This document shows, in pieces, positions 17,685-28,631 of a DNA stretch of 64,000 nucleotides. Source of the stretch: an uncultured Alphaproteobacteria bacterium (lineage in GTDB: Bacteria; Pseudomonadota; Alphaproteobacteria; RF32; CAG-239); contig CAJUCZ010000006.1 of NCBI GenBank assembly GCA_910585375.1, forward strand, positions 1,253-65,252. Reading direction: 5' to 3'. The translations under genes were made by a program, and so were the position numbers. Under the pieces are notes generated by a model, which worked only from the letters and a program-made list of their open reading frames with translations, was not told the origin of the DNA and did not search any database. Within the stretch, counting starts at the first letter, position 1. Each line of letters opens with the position of its first letter.

Positions 17685-20600
17685 ATGAACGCAGCAAAGC
17701 GCAGTACTCCAAGCTTAAAGCAATATATCAGAACAATATTGCTTTTTGCGCTTCTGACTTTTTTTGCCCAAAGTGCCTTTGCTCAAAATGCACCGGAAGA
17801 AAAACTGATAAGCCTGCCGATTGGCGCAAATAATGACTACAAGCTGGAAAACCTGCCGCAATCGATAAGCCTGACGTTCAATCATCCTCTGATTAAAACA
17901 CCGGAAGATTTCAGTCAAACATTGCCTGATTTTATTGAAAGACAAGAATTATCCGCAGATAATACCCGTATGCTTTTGACTTTGCGTCATCCTCTTATTA
18001 CCCAGACATATTTAAAAGACGGCATTTTGAGCATTAGTCTCAAACCGCAGAAAGACACGGCAGATACAACAAAATCCAATAATATAGCCATAAGCTATGG
18101 CGAACATCCTGACTACTACCGTTTTGTTTTCAAATATGATCAGCAACCGCTTTATTCCGTCAAATCTCAGGATATGCGAACCTCCGTTTATTTTCTGAAC
18201 GATGTCCGGCTGCAGACCGAAGAGCTGAAATCTTATCCGTTTTATCCGGCCATTACCGTCTCGCCCAACACCATGGGCGGACAAACGCTGACAATCCCTG
18301 CCGCCATGGTAAAATCGGCAGAATATGATAATAAAATCGTGATTGATGTATCAAAAGTTTCTGAAAGCAAAGTTTTTGATGACAGCACGGCTGAGATTAA
18401 AATCGCCGGTATAAATTTGCCGGAGACAGCCTCTTCTGCTCTGGAAAATCTGACACCGGAACAGCCCTATAACGATAAAAGAATTGTCAGTCTGGGCTTT
18501 TCATGGAACTCTCCTGCCAACATTGCCGTCTTCCGCCGTGAAAACTATTTATGGATAATCTTTGACCAACGAAAAAAAATAGATAAAGAACAGCTGCTTG
18601 CCGATGCCGCACCACTGGCTGAAGAAATTGTTCTTATTCCGCACACCAAAGCCACGGTTATCCGCCTTAAAACCAAACCAAATGTAAAAGCCAACCTCCG
18701 TAAAGAAGGTTTGCTCTGGATTATAGACCTTTCCGTTGCCGGCTTTAATGAAAAAATAAAAGATATGAATGTCTTTACCCGCTATGACAGTCTGAATCAT
18801 CCCTACTTTTTTATTGCAACGACGATGGCCGGTAACATTATATCCGTCGTAGACCCTGAAATTGGTGACAATCTGATTGCAGCAACAGTCTCTGAAGTCG
18901 AAAACGGTATCAGCGCTCCCTATTCTTATCCTGATTTTGACTTTTTACGCTCGCTTACCGGTGTGGCTGTCGTCCCCAAAAATACGGATTTAAATATTGA
19001 ACGCGGCAATACCGGCATTATTATAAAAGCCGTCCGAGGTCTGAATATCTCCGCAGATTTGGACTATAAAAAACGCCAGCAAGATTTATTAAACACGAAG
19101 GAAGATCAGCTTGGCTTTGACTTAAACGTCAGCGCAGGCCTTGCCGGCATGAGTTACGCCGAAGCCGTTTCCCAACTGAAAAAAGACATAGAACTGGCTC
19201 CTCAGAACAAAAAAATTGCCGCCCGGCTGATGCTGGTCCGTTATTACATTTCCAACGGCTTGGGTGCCGAGGCCTTACAAGAACTCCGGCGTCTGGGCCA
19301 AATGCCGGGATATCAACCGACAGAAGAAACCGAGTCATTATTCGGCGTTGCAAACTTTTTGCTGCGCCGCTATGATGCCGCCATGGAACACCTGTCTTTT
19401 GGAAATTTGCCGTCTGACAATCAGGCCGTTTTCTGGCGTACGCTGTCTTCCGCCGCCAAAGAATACAAAAAAGAAAATAATGTGATTCTGACATCTTACA
19501 TTTCTCTGATAAAAGACTATCCGATTCCGCTGAAAGCACGGATTGCCCTTGTTGCGGCCGACAATGCCCTGAATGCCGGAGATGATTTGGCAGCACAAAA
19601 CTTTATTGACGTCCTTAACAATATTGACAGCAAAAACCTCTATTATCAGGCCCGTATCGGCTATCTGACGGCCAAACGCCGCGTTCTGCAGGGATACCCT
19701 CGCAACGGTATAAAGTTATATAACAATATTGCAACATCCTTATCCCAAAAATACTCTGCTCTGGCCAGATACGAGGCCGCCGTACTGGGCCAAAAGCTGG
19801 GCATGCTGCCTATGGCAAAAGCCATCCGCGAACTGGAACAATTATACTACGCCTGGCCGGACACGAAATTCCGTTTGCAGGTACTGCGTACTTTGGCTGA
19901 TTATTACGTCAGAAACTCAGACTATCTCAGCGCATTGAGAAAACTGAATCTGAGCATGAGTCTGGAAACGGAAGATGAAAAGCCGCAAACGCTGAAAAGA
20001 ATGGTAAACATTTTAGAAGACGTATACATCAATAATCGCGCAGATAATCTGCCGCCGCTGAAGTCTTTGGCAATATACAAAGAATTTGAATGGCTCGCAC
20101 CTCAAAGCCGGAATTATAATGGCATCATTCGACGGCTGGCAGACCGCCTCGTTGCGGTTGATTTATTGCCCCGTGCCTATTCCCTTTTACAAAACCAACT
20201 TCGTTTCGGCCGTCTGAGCAACAAAGAACGTGCGGCCGTCGGAACCCGTTTGGCCTTAATCAGCCTTTTTGAAGACAAAAACATTGACGCCCTTGACTTT
20301 CTGGATCAGACGCAAAGCGCCGATATTGATGCTACGCTGCAGGCTCAGCGTAAAATCATCCGCGCCAAAACGCTTTCCAACCTTGATCGGGACGAAGAAG
20401 CAATAGACCTGTTAAAAGACGATTACAGCAAAAATGCCCTGCTGCTGAAAAGCGAAATTTATTGGAATGCCGGAATGTGGAACGAGGCCTCGGACAGTAT
20501 CAGATATCTGGTAGAAGCGCCGCAGCCGGGAAAACCATTGAGTCAGGAGCAAATCGGTTATATTTTGGATTGGGCAACCACACTGCAAAAATCAGGCAAA

Positions 20601-20819
20601 ACAACGGTTTTGGTAAGATTGCGCAACAAATTTCTGCCTTATTTTGAAAATACTAAATACTATAGCCCGTTTAGTATATTAACAGGCAATCTGGAAAATG
20701 ATAAAATTGACCTGAAAGCCATAAACCAGACAATCAATGATGTTCAGGCTTTCAGCAACTTTACAAAACTTTATAACGATTCGCTTAAAAATAACCATTT
20801 AGATACCCAAAATAAATGA
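17685..20819 (+). CDS. Large periplasmic protein with a helical-repeat (TPR-like) C-terminal half, flagellar-cluster associated
   Basis: 1044 aa. Signal peptide [15 protein letters not shown]|Q. The C-terminal half is rich in A/L/Y helical-repeat-like segments. Co-directional with fliLM, and its stop overlaps the uvrB start. Confidence 0.6.
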   Translation: MNAAKRSTPSLKQYIRTILLFALLTFFAQSAFAQNAPEEKLISLPIGANNDYKLENLPQSISLTFNHPLIKTPEDFSQTLPDFIERQELSADNTRMLLTLRHPLITQTYLKDGILSISLKPQKDTADTTKSNNIAISYGEHPDYYRFVFKYDQQPLYSVKSQDMRTSVYFLNDVRLQTEELKSYPFYPAITVSPNTMGGQTLTIPAAMVKSAEYDNKIVIDVSKVSESKVFDDSTAEIKIAGINLPETASSALENLTPEQPYNDKRIVSLGFSWNSPANIAVFRRENYLWIIFDQRKKIDKEQLLADAAPLAEEIVLIPHTKATVIRLKTKPNVKANLRKEGLLWIIDLSVAGFNEKIKDMNVFTRYDSLNHPYFFIATTMAGNIISVVDPEIGDNLIAATVSEVENGISAPYSYPDFDFLRSLTGVAVVPKNTDLNIERGNTGIIIKAVRGLNISADLDYKKRQQDLLNTKEDQLGFDLNVSAGLAGMSYAEAVSQLKKDIELAPQNKKIAARLMLVRYYISNGLGAEALQELRRLGQMPGYQPTEETESLFGVANFLLRRYDAAMEHLSFGNLPSDNQAVFWRTLSSAAKEYKKENNVILTSYISLIKDYPIPLKARIALVAADNALNAGDDLAAQNFIDVLNNIDSKNLYYQARIGYLTAKRRVLQGYPRNGIKLYNNIATSLSQKYSALARYEAAVLGQKLGMLPMAKAIRELEQLYYAWPDTKFRLQVLRTLADYYVRNSDYLSALRKLNLSMSLETEDEKPQTLKRMVNILEDVYINNRADNLPPLKSLAIYKEFEWLAPQSRNYNGIIRRLADRLVAVDLLPRAYSLLQNQLRFGRLSNKERAAVGTRLALISLFEDKNIDALDFLDQTQSADIDATLQAQRKIIRAKTLSNLDRDEEAIDLLKDDYSKNALLLKSEIYWNAGMWNEASDSIRYLVEAPQPGKPLSQEQIGYILDWATTLQKSGKTTVLVRLRNKFLPYFENTKYYSPFSILTGNLENDKIDLKAINQTINDVQAFSNFTKLYNDSLKNNHLDTQNK

Positions 20820-22807
20820 AGCAGAACAAATTTAAAATTTCCAGCCCGTTTGAACCTTCCGGCGACCAACCGCAGGCCATTGCCGAACTTTGCCAGGGTC
20901 TGAAAAACGGTCTGAGCGATCAGGTGCTGCTCGGCGTGACCGGCAGCGGCAAAACCTTTACCATGGCCAAAATCATTGAACAGACCCAGCGGCCGGCTCT
21001 GATAATGGCGCCCAACAAGATTCTCGCCGCCCAGCTCTATACGGAAATGAAAGAATTTTTTCCCAATAACCACGTTGAATATTTTGTATCTTATTACGAT
21101 TATTACCAGCCGGAAGCGTATGTCCCCAAAACAGACACTTATATAGAAAAAGATTCCGCCATCAACGAACAGATCGACCGTATGAGAAACTCGGCAACCC
21201 GCAGCCTGCTGGAAAGCAACGACGTCATAATCATTGCCTCTGTTTCCTGCATATACGGATTGGGAGATGTTGAATCTTATGCAGCAATGACCTTGCCGCT
21301 GCATGTCGGACAGGAAATCGCCCCCAAAGAAATATTCAAACGTCTGTCAGAACTGCAATACGAACGCAACCAAATGAACTTTGTCCGCAGCACCTTTCGT
21401 GTACAGGGGGATATTATTGACATCTTCCCGTCTCACTATGAAGACAAAGCATGGCGCATATCCCTGTTTGGCGATGAAATTGAGAATATCAGCGAATTCG
21501 ATTCGCTGACCGGCAAAAAAAATGCCGATTTGGAAGAAATCATCGTATATCCGGCCAATCACTATGTTACGCCGCGCCCGGCCATTTCCAAGGCAATCGT
21601 CGGCATAAAGCAGGAACTTGCCGAAAGGACGGAGGAATTCAGACAGGAAAACAAACTGCTGGAAGCGCAGCGTCTGGAACAGAGAACCCGTTTTGATCTG
21701 GAAATGCTGGAAACCACCGGACATTGCAAAGGAATTGAGAACTACTCACGCTACTTGACCGGACGTCCGGCCGGCGCCCCTCCTCCGACCTTGTTTGAAT
21801 ATCTGCGCAAAGATACCGTTATTTTTATTGACGAAAGCCATATTTCCCTGCCGCAAATCGGCGGTATGTACCGCGGCGACCGCAACCGCAAAGCCACATT
21901 GTCAGACTACGGTTTCCGGCTGCCGTCATGCGTTGACAACCGTCCGCTGACCTTTGATGAGTGGAATGCCATGCGCGGCCAGACAATCTATGTATCAGCC
22001 ACGCCGGGAGATTGGGAACTGGAACAAAGCGGCGGAACCTTTACCGAACAAATTATTCGTCCGACCGGTTTGACAGATCCTGTCTGCATCCTCAAACCTG
22101 TTGAAAATCAAATTGACGACCTGATGGAAGAGTGCCGCAAAGTCATAGCTAAAAAAGAACGTGTGTTAGTCACAACCCTGACCAAAAAAATGGCGGAAGA
22201 CTTAACGGAATATCTCAACAAAAACGGCATAAAAGTCCGCTATATGCACTCGGATATTGACACGCTCGAACGTATTGACATTATCAGAGATCTCCGTCTC
22301 GGTGTCTTCGATGTTTTGGTCGGTATCAACTTGCTGAGAGAAGGGCTTGACATTCCCGAATGTTCAATGGTCGCCATTTTGGATGCCGATAAAGAAGGCT
22401 TTCTGCGCTCCACCCGCTCACTTATTCAGACCATCGGCCGAGCAGCCCGCAATGCTGACAGCCGCGTCATTCTTTATGCTGACAAAATGACCAATTCCAT
22501 TCAGCAGGCCTTGGAAGAAACCAACCGGCGGCGGGAAAAACAATGTCAATATAACATTGCTCACGGCATTGTTCCCCAGACCATTAACAAAGCCATTTCC
22601 GGAACGCTGCAAACCATGAGTCAGGATTATTTGGACGAAGAAACCACCGGGTCAACCGTATCTTCCGATGACTTGAAAAATTTTGATAAACGGATAAAAG
22701 AGTATACCAAGAGAATGAAAGATGCCGCGGCCAACCTCGAATTTGAAGAAGCCATGAAGTACCGTGACAAGATTCGCGAATTGGAACAACAATACCTAAA
22801 AAACTGA
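20816..22807 (+). CDS. uvrB: Excinuclease ABC subunit B
   Basis: 663 aa. [11 protein letters not shown], Walker [15 protein letters not shown] box ([10 protein letters not shown]), and the C-terminal UVR motif [20 protein letters not shown]. Confidence 0.97.
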   Translation: MKQNKFKISSPFEPSGDQPQAIAELCQGLKNGLSDQVLLGVTGSGKTFTMAKIIEQTQRPALIMAPNKILAAQLYTEMKEFFPNNHVEYFVSYYDYYQPEAYVPKTDTYIEKDSAINEQIDRMRNSATRSLLESNDVIIIASVSCIYGLGDVESYAAMTLPLHVGQEIAPKEIFKRLSELQYERNQMNFVRSTFRVQGDIIDIFPSHYEDKAWRISLFGDEIENISEFDSLTGKKNADLEEIIVYPANHYVTPRPAISKAIVGIKQELAERTEEFRQENKLLEAQRLEQRTRFDLEMLETTGHCKGIENYSRYLTGRPAGAPPPTLFEYLRKDTVIFIDESHISLPQIGGMYRGDRNRKATLSDYGFRLPSCVDNRPLTFDEWNAMRGQTIYVSATPGDWELEQSGGTFTEQIIRPTGLTDPVCILKPVENQIDDLMEECRKVIAKKERVLVTTLTKKMAEDLTEYLNKNGIKVRYMHSDIDTLERIDIIRDLRLGVFDVLVGINLLREGLDIPECSMVAILDADKEGFLRSTRSLIQTIGRAARNADSRVILYADKMTNSIQQALEETNRRREKQCQYNIAHGIVPQTINKAISGTLQTMSQDYLDEETTGSTVSSDDLKNFDKRIKEYTKRMKDAAANLEFEEAMKYRDKIRELEQQYLKN

Positions 22808-22823
22808 TTCATTTTTCAAACAC

Positions 22824-22854
22824 AAAAAAAGAGGTTCAATTTGAACCTCTTTTC
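22824..22854. terminator. Bidirectional rho-independent terminator (uvrB / dsbA-like convergent pair)
   Basis: Stem gaggttcaa/ttgaacctc (22831-22849), with an A-run before it and a T-run after. Confidence 0.8.
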
Positions 22855-22872
22855 ATTATTCGCCAAACCGGA

Positions 22873-23658
22873 CTATTTGTTCTTCATAGCGTCAATTCTT
22901 CTTTGAATTTCGCCTTCATCCAGTGTTTGCAGAATCTGGCCGTCCAAAATCATGGTCGGAACGCCGCGAATTTCAATGGAATTGGCCAAATCGGCAGTAT
23001 CCTGAATGGTTTTGGTAACTTTAGCCGAGTTCATATCTGCTTTCATTTTGGCAACGTCAATACCGGCATTGGCAGCGAGCTCGTCAATTTTAGCTTCGCT
23101 CAAAGCGCCGTCATTTTCCATCATGGCAGACCAGAGTTCCTGATACTTGCCCTGCTCTTTGGCAGCCAAAGCGGCTTTGGCGGCATAATCAGATACCGGC
23201 CCCAGGAAAGTCAATTCTCTCAAAACCAGACGGACATCGTTGTTTTTGGCAACAATATTTTTCAAAGCCGGATACAATCTATGGCAATAGCCGCAAGAGA
23301 AGTCAAAGAATTCGACCAAAGTAACAGATCCGTTCGGATTACCGATGACGGCAGCTCCTTCATAATTGGTAATTTCTTTAATATTCTGCTTAATCTTGAC
23401 GGCAGCAGCTTTTTGTCTTTCTTCTTCCTGCTTAATCTGATAAGCCTGCATGGCATTGAACACAATCTCCGGATTGTTGTTCAAAACAGTTCTGATTGCT
23501 TCAACATCCATAGAAGCAACCGGAACGGCAGATGCTGCAGGAGCAGCGGTTTCTGCAACCGGAGCAACTTTGTTGCACTTGGTCATGCACATTGCTGCAC
23601 AGGCCACTGAAATAATCAAAGCCAGCAGAGAAACGTAAATTGCATTAATTTTGTTCAT
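22873..23658 (-). CDS. DsbA-family thiol:disulfide oxidoreductase, membrane/lipid-anchored N-terminus
   Basis: Thioredoxin-fold active site FFDFSCGYCHRLYP (CxxC) and IRGVPTMIL (cis-Pro loop). The ATG at 23658 has an AAGGA RBS. The track ORF extends to 23688. Confidence 0.8.
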   Translation of the reverse strand: MNKINAIYVSLLALIISVACAAMCMTKCNKVAPVAETAAPAASAVPVASMDVEAIRTVLNNNPEIVFNAMQAYQIKQEEERQKAAAVKIKQNIKEITNYEGAAVIGNPNGSVTLVEFFDFSCGYCHRLYPALKNIVAKNNDVRLVLRELTFLGPVSDYAAKAALAAKEQGKYQELWSAMMENDGALSEAKIDELAANAGIDVAKMKADMNSAKVTKTIQDTADLANSIEIRGVPTMILDGQILQTLDEGEIQRRIDAMKNK

Positions 23659-23819
23659 CTTACAAATCCTTAAGTTTATTAAATACAAATATAATTTAGC
23701 TAATCTATAATATATTTACAACAGGCATGATACTTTATAATTATTAATATTCTCCAAATATCTAAATCTTTTTTTCATATTTAAGCAATATACTTAAACA
23801 AACTAAAAAAGAGGATAAT

Positions 23820-24479
23820 ATGTTTCACATCAAAGTATCAATGTTTTCACAAACCCGCAATCTGGAAAACAAGATTGACCAATTTCATGACAAATTGCTT
23901 GAAGTCTCCATGAACTTTAAAAAAGCCGTCCGCACTTTTTTGAGCGAACGCCGCAGTGATGATTACCGCCGGATCAGCAAACAGATAAAAAATACCGAAC
24001 ACGAAGCTGACCGCCTGCGTCGGGAGATTGAAGCCGCTTTATACAGCCAGAACCTGATTCCCGATCTGCGGGCCGATGTCTTGCATTTGGTCGAGAACAT
24101 CGATAAAGTCATTAACAAATTTGATGAAGTCACGCACAATTTTTATATTGAACGGCCGGAAATCCCCGAAAAATTTCATGCACCGCTTATCACACTCTGT
24201 GACCTGAGCTCCGACTGTGCCGAAAATCTGGCAATTGCCAGTCGGGCGTTCTTCAGAGATCTAAGTTCTGTCAGGGACTATTCGCAAAAAGTCTATCTGA
24301 TTGAAAATGAATCCGACACCAGTTCGGCTCACCTGCGAAGCGCCGTTTTTGACACGGATCTTCCGCTGGCCAACAAATTGCAGCTCAATCTGCTGATTCG
24401 CGAAGTTGCGGATATTGCCGACATTGCCGAAGACTGTGTCGATGAGCTGCTGATATTCACAATCAAGAGAGATATATAA
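23820..24479 (+). CDS. DUF47/PhoU-like phosphate-transport regulator
   Basis: 219-aa helical protein (EHEADRLRREI...) immediately upstream of a PiT transporter. This is the conserved DUF47-PiT gene pair. Confidence 0.7.
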   Translation: MFHIKVSMFSQTRNLENKIDQFHDKLLEVSMNFKKAVRTFLSERRSDDYRRISKQIKNTEHEADRLRREIEAALYSQNLIPDLRADVLHLVENIDKVINKFDEVTHNFYIERPEIPEKFHAPLITLCDLSSDCAENLAIASRAFFRDLSSVRDYSQKVYLIENESDTSSAHLRSAVFDTDLPLANKLQLNLLIREVADIADIAEDCVDELLIFTIKRDI

Positions 24480-24483
24480 GGCC

Positions 24484-25539
24484 ATGGACGGATTGTTTAT
24501 CATATTTTTAAGCAGCGGTCTTTTTCTGGGCTGGTCATTGGGCGCCAATGACGCCGCCAATATTTTCGGTACGGCTGTCGGAACAAAAATGGTCAAATTC
24601 CGCACCGCTGCCGTCATTTCTTCGATCTTTATTATTATCGGCGCGGTTTTTGCCGGTTCCGGCGCCAGCCGTACCTTAAATGAACTGGGCGAAGTAAATA
24701 CGCTGGCCGGAGCCTTCATGGTCGCTTTGTCAGCGGCTGTCAGCGTCTATTCGATGGTCAAAAGCGGCATTCCGGTTTCCACCTCTCAGGCCATTGTCGG
24801 CGCCATCGTCGGCTGGAACTTTTATGCAGGAAAATCTACCGATTACGGCATATTGTCCCAAATTGTCAGTACTTGGATTATCTGCCCCGTTCTTTCCGGA
24901 ATCATTGCCATCGGCCTGTATTTCTGCATTCGCCGCCTGATTCGCAAATCGCACCTGCACTTATTGCGACAGGACAGCTACACGCGCATCGGACTGATTC
25001 TGGCCGGTGCATTCGGCGCTTATGCCCTCGGAGCCAACAACATCGCCAATGTTATGGGCGTATTTGTCGATTCCAGCCCGTTAAAACCGATTACGTTCAG
25101 CAACGGCTTCACCTTAAATGCCACTCAGCTTTTGTTCTTAATCGGCGGAATATCAATCAGTGTCGGCGTGGCAACCTATTCACACAAAGTTATTAATACC
25201 GTCGGTATCAGCCTGATGTCCATGACGCCGGTCATTGCCTGGATTGTCGTTATCTCCCAGTCTGTCGTTTTGTTTTTATTTGCTTCGCAGGGACTGCAAA
25301 ATTTTTTGCAAAGCAATGGCCTGCCGGCATTTCCGCTGGTTCCGGTATCCAGTTCACAGGCCGTCATCGGTGCCGCGATCGGCATAGGCATTGCCAAAGG
25401 CGGACGGGACATCCATTGGCCTCTGCTTGGACGAATTGCCCTCGGCTGGATAACTACTCCTGTCATCTCGGGAATATTATGCTTTATCTCGCTGTTCTTT
25501 TTAGAAAACGTCTTTAACCAGATGGTTTATGCCAACTAA
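24484..25539 (+). CDS. pit: Inorganic phosphate transporter, PiT family
   Basis: GANDAANIFGTAVG and GANNIANVMG are the duplicated PiT signature. Polytopic membrane protein. Confidence 0.9.
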   Translation: MDGLFIIFLSSGLFLGWSLGANDAANIFGTAVGTKMVKFRTAAVISSIFIIIGAVFAGSGASRTLNELGEVNTLAGAFMVALSAAVSVYSMVKSGIPVSTSQAIVGAIVGWNFYAGKSTDYGILSQIVSTWIICPVLSGIIAIGLYFCIRRLIRKSHLHLLRQDSYTRIGLILAGAFGAYALGANNIANVMGVFVDSSPLKPITFSNGFTLNATQLLFLIGGISISVGVATYSHKVINTVGISLMSMTPVIAWIVVISQSVVLFLFASQGLQNFLQSNGLPAFPLVPVSSSQAVIGAAIGIGIAKGGRDIHWPLLGRIALGWITTPVISGILCFISLFFLENVFNQMVYAN

Positions 25540-26531
25540 ACAAGTTTTGCCGCGATTTTTGCGGCAATTTCCTCATAAGCCTTGGTATAAGGGCTGTCCG
25601 GTTCTGCAAAAACAATCGGCGTTCCGTTGTCGGCATTTTCCCGAATAGTCAGATGCAGCGGGATCTCGCCCAGAAAATCCTCCCCCATGTCCTCCGCCGT
25701 TTTCTTGGCACCGTGACATCCGAAAATATCGGCACGATGACCGCATTTTTCACACAGATAATAACTCATGTTTTCAACAATTCCCAAAATCGGAACATCA
25801 ACTTTTTTAAACATGTTCACCCCTTTGACTGCATCAATCAGGGCAATATCCTGCGGAGTGGAAACAATAACGATTCCATCCAGTTTAATCCGCTGAGACA
25901 ACGTAATCTGAATATCTCCCGTCCCCGGAGGCATATCAATTACCATCACGTCAACCTCGCCCCAGTTTGTCTGGGTCAAAAGCTGTTCAATGGCACCACA
26001 GGCCTTGGCGCCGCGCCAGATAAGCGGCGTATCCCGTCCGACTAACGTGCCGATTGACATTGATTTAATTCCCATAAAATCAAACGGCTCAAAATTTTTA
26101 CCGTCAATACTATAAGCCGGCTGCCCCTCATAACCCAGCATGGTCGGAATGGAAGGTCCGTAAATATCCGCATCAAACAAAGACGTTTTCAAACCGCAAT
26201 TAGACAGCGCCAAAGCCAGATTCGTTGCTGTTGTCGACTTTCCCACGCCGCCTTTGCCGGAAGCCACGCCGATAATCTTTTTAACGCCCGGCACAATCCA
26301 CTTTTCCGTTTCCGGCTTGAGAGAAACATTTTTCTTTTCTTTGGTAAAAACAATTGTTGCGCGCTTTATCCCGTCAATCTGCTCAAGTTCGGCTTTCAGC
26401 ATGGCGCTTTTTTCCGCATCGTCAACATCGCTGGCAATGGTCACAATCACTTTGTCACCCATAATTTTAATCTGTTCAACTTGTTCTTCGGCAAAATAGT
26501 TTTTAATGCTTTGTCTGATTTTTTCTTCCAT
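25536..26531 (-). CDS. apbC: Fe-S cluster carrier ATPase Mrp/ApbC/NBP35 family
   Basis: Deviant Walker A SGKGGVGKSTTATNLA and the CxxC motif (CEKCGHR). Has an N-terminal MIP18-like domain. Confidence 0.9.
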   Translation of the reverse strand: MEEKIRQSIKNYFAEEQVEQIKIMGDKVIVTIASDVDDAEKSAMLKAELEQIDGIKRATIVFTKEKKNVSLKPETEKWIVPGVKKIIGVASGKGGVGKSTTATNLALALSNCGLKTSLFDADIYGPSIPTMLGYEGQPAYSIDGKNFEPFDFMGIKSMSIGTLVGRDTPLIWRGAKACGAIEQLLTQTNWGEVDVMVIDMPPGTGDIQITLSQRIKLDGIVIVSTPQDIALIDAVKGVNMFKKVDVPILGIVENMSYYLCEKCGHRADIFGCHGAKKTAEDMGEDFLGEIPLHLTIRENADNGTPIVFAEPDSPYTKAYEEIAAKIAAKLV

Positions 26532-26648
26532 CTTAACCCCTGTTGATATTGTTTGATCGGCAATTGTTTTTAGATGATATTTATATTATATAAGAAGATA
26601 ATGCAATAAATTAAATTTGGAAATTATAAATTACAGAGTGAGGTATAA

Positions 26649-27737
26649 ATGTCCAAACAGGAAGGTCCCTGGGGCGGAAATACAAACGACAGCCCTTGGG
26701 AAAACATAGAAAAATCCCCCCGCAAATCTAAAATCATAGATTTTGAACCCATCAGAAAAAATAACGGTCCGGACTTCAAAATCAGCTGGCTGTTTTTTGC
26801 TCTGGCAGCCGTTTGGCTGGCCTCGGGCTTTTACCAGATTCAACCGAACGAAGAAGGGGTTATCCTGCGCTTTGGCAAATATGCCGACACCACCGGCGCC
26901 GGCCTGCACTACCATCTGCCCTATCCGATAGAAACAGTGGAAAAAGTCAACATCACTCAGGAACGCAGCATCACAATCGGCGATTCCGCAGCCTATAACA
27001 CATCTAACATCGCCTCTCTGGCCGGTGTTAGAAACTCGGCCGGAGCTCCCGCTTCTGCACTCAGTTCCTTTACGGAAAGCCACATGCTGACCGGCGATGA
27101 AAATATTGTCGATGTCAACCTCACAATCGTTTGGAAAATCAAAAGCGCCAAAGATTATCTTTTCGGCATGCAAAGTCCGGACCGCACCGTACAGGTAGCA
27201 GCTCAGTCCGTATTGCGTGAAATTGTCGGCCAATCCAAAATGCAGGACATAATTACCGGCGACCGCGGTAAGGTCGAGGACGATACAAAAGCTGAATTGC
27301 AAAAAGTTTTGGATGAATTCGGCTCCGGTATAGAAATTGTCCGTGCCAAACTTCAAAAGGCGGATCCTCCCAAACAGGTGGTAGATGCTTTTAATGAAGT
27401 CCAGCGCGCCAAAGCCGATATGGAACGCTTCAAAAATGAAGCTGAGGCCTACAGTAACGAAATTTTGCCCAAAGCCAAAGGTCAGGCTTCGCAGATTTTG
27501 CAAAATGCCCAAGCCTATAAGGAATCTGTCGTCAAAAAAGCACAGGGCGAAACCGAACGCTTCAATTCCGTTTATCAGGCTTATCGCCACGGCCGCGACG
27601 TAACCATCAAACGCCTCTATATTGAGGCCATGGAAGAAGTCCTCGGCAAATCTGACAAAATCATTATCGACCCGTCCAAAAACGGCGGCAATGTATTGCC
27701 TTATCTGCCGTTAGAACGCCTGCAGAAGAAAATTTAG
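26649..27737 (+). CDS. hflK: FtsH protease modulator HflK
   Basis: 362 aa. N-terminal TM plus an SPFH/band-7 domain (GVILRFGKY...GLHYHLPYPIE...). Followed by hflC. Confidence 0.9.
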   Translation: MSKQEGPWGGNTNDSPWENIEKSPRKSKIIDFEPIRKNNGPDFKISWLFFALAAVWLASGFYQIQPNEEGVILRFGKYADTTGAGLHYHLPYPIETVEKVNITQERSITIGDSAAYNTSNIASLAGVRNSAGAPASALSSFTESHMLTGDENIVDVNLTIVWKIKSAKDYLFGMQSPDRTVQVAAQSVLREIVGQSKMQDIITGDRGKVEDDTKAELQKVLDEFGSGIEIVRAKLQKADPPKQVVDAFNEVQRAKADMERFKNEAEAYSNEILPKAKGQASQILQNAQAYKESVVKKAQGETERFNSVYQAYRHGRDVTIKRLYIEAMEEVLGKSDKIIIDPSKNGGNVLPYLPLERLQKKI

Positions 27738-27746
27738 GAGTTTCCC

Positions 27747-28616
27747 ATGTCAGAAAAAATAAAATATTATTTGCTCACCGCTCTGGCTGCACTGGTCATT
27801 ATCGGCGCCGCATCTTTTTATGTTGTCCCGCAAACCCGACAGGCCATTGTGCTCCAGTTTGGCGAACCTGTCAGATTAATTAAAGAACCGGGACTGAAAA
27901 TAAAAATCCCGTTTATTCAAAACGTTGTTTTCTATGATAACCGTCTCCTTGATCTGGATCCGCCGGCACAGGAAATCGTTCTTAACGATAAAAAACGTCT
28001 GGATGTTGACAGCTTTACGCGCTTCCGCATTGTTGAACCGTTGAAGTTTTATCAGACGGTTCGGACAGAAGAACAAGCCCGCAGCAAACTGAAAGAAATC
28101 GTCAACTCCTCGGTTCGCAAAATTCTCGGACGGACAACCCTGACGGAACTGCTGTCACAGCGGCGGACACAAATAATGGCTGACATCAGCAATGCCGTTA
28201 AAACCGATGCTGCTCAAATCGGAGTCAGTGTTGCCGATGTTCGTATTCGCCGCGCCGACTTGCCGATTGAGGTATTGCAGGCGATCAATACCCGCATGAA
28301 GGCAGAACGCGAGCGCGATGCCAAAAAGTTTCGCGGCGAAGGTCAGCAACAGGCTCAGCAAATCAGAGCTCAGGCAGAAAAAGAAAGAACCATCATATTA
28401 GCCGAAGCCGACAGGGAAGCCCAGATAACCCGAGGTGAAGGAGATCGCGAGGCGATTGAAATATGGAACAAGGCAGCCGGCGTAGACCCAAGCTTCTACG
28501 CATTCTACCGCTCACTGGAAGCGTACAAAAAATCTCTCGGTCAGGGTGGAACGTCTATGATTTTGTCCCCGAATGCCGAATTTTTTGATTTTTTTGCAAA
28601 ATCGCTTAATAATTAA
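27747..28616 (+). CDS. hflC: FtsH protease modulator HflC
   Basis: 289 aa. SPFH domain (AIVLQFGEPVRLIKEPGLKIKIPFIQ) directly after hflK. Confidence 0.9.
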   Translation: MSEKIKYYLLTALAALVIIGAASFYVVPQTRQAIVLQFGEPVRLIKEPGLKIKIPFIQNVVFYDNRLLDLDPPAQEIVLNDKKRLDVDSFTRFRIVEPLKFYQTVRTEEQARSKLKEIVNSSVRKILGRTTLTELLSQRRTQIMADISNAVKTDAAQIGVSVADVRIRRADLPIEVLQAINTRMKAERERDAKKFRGEGQQQAQQIRAQAEKERTIILAEADREAQITRGEGDREAIEIWNKAAGVDPSFYAFYRSLEAYKKSLGQGGTSMILSPNAEFFDFFAKSLNN

Positions 28617-28631
28617 TAAAAGGAGTTTGAG

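Noticed and set aside
26631-27590. 319-aa minus-strand ORF
   Set aside because: It is fully antisense to hflK, which has clear SPFH-domain sequence and an hflC partner. The shadow ORF is rich in F/G/I and has no motif.
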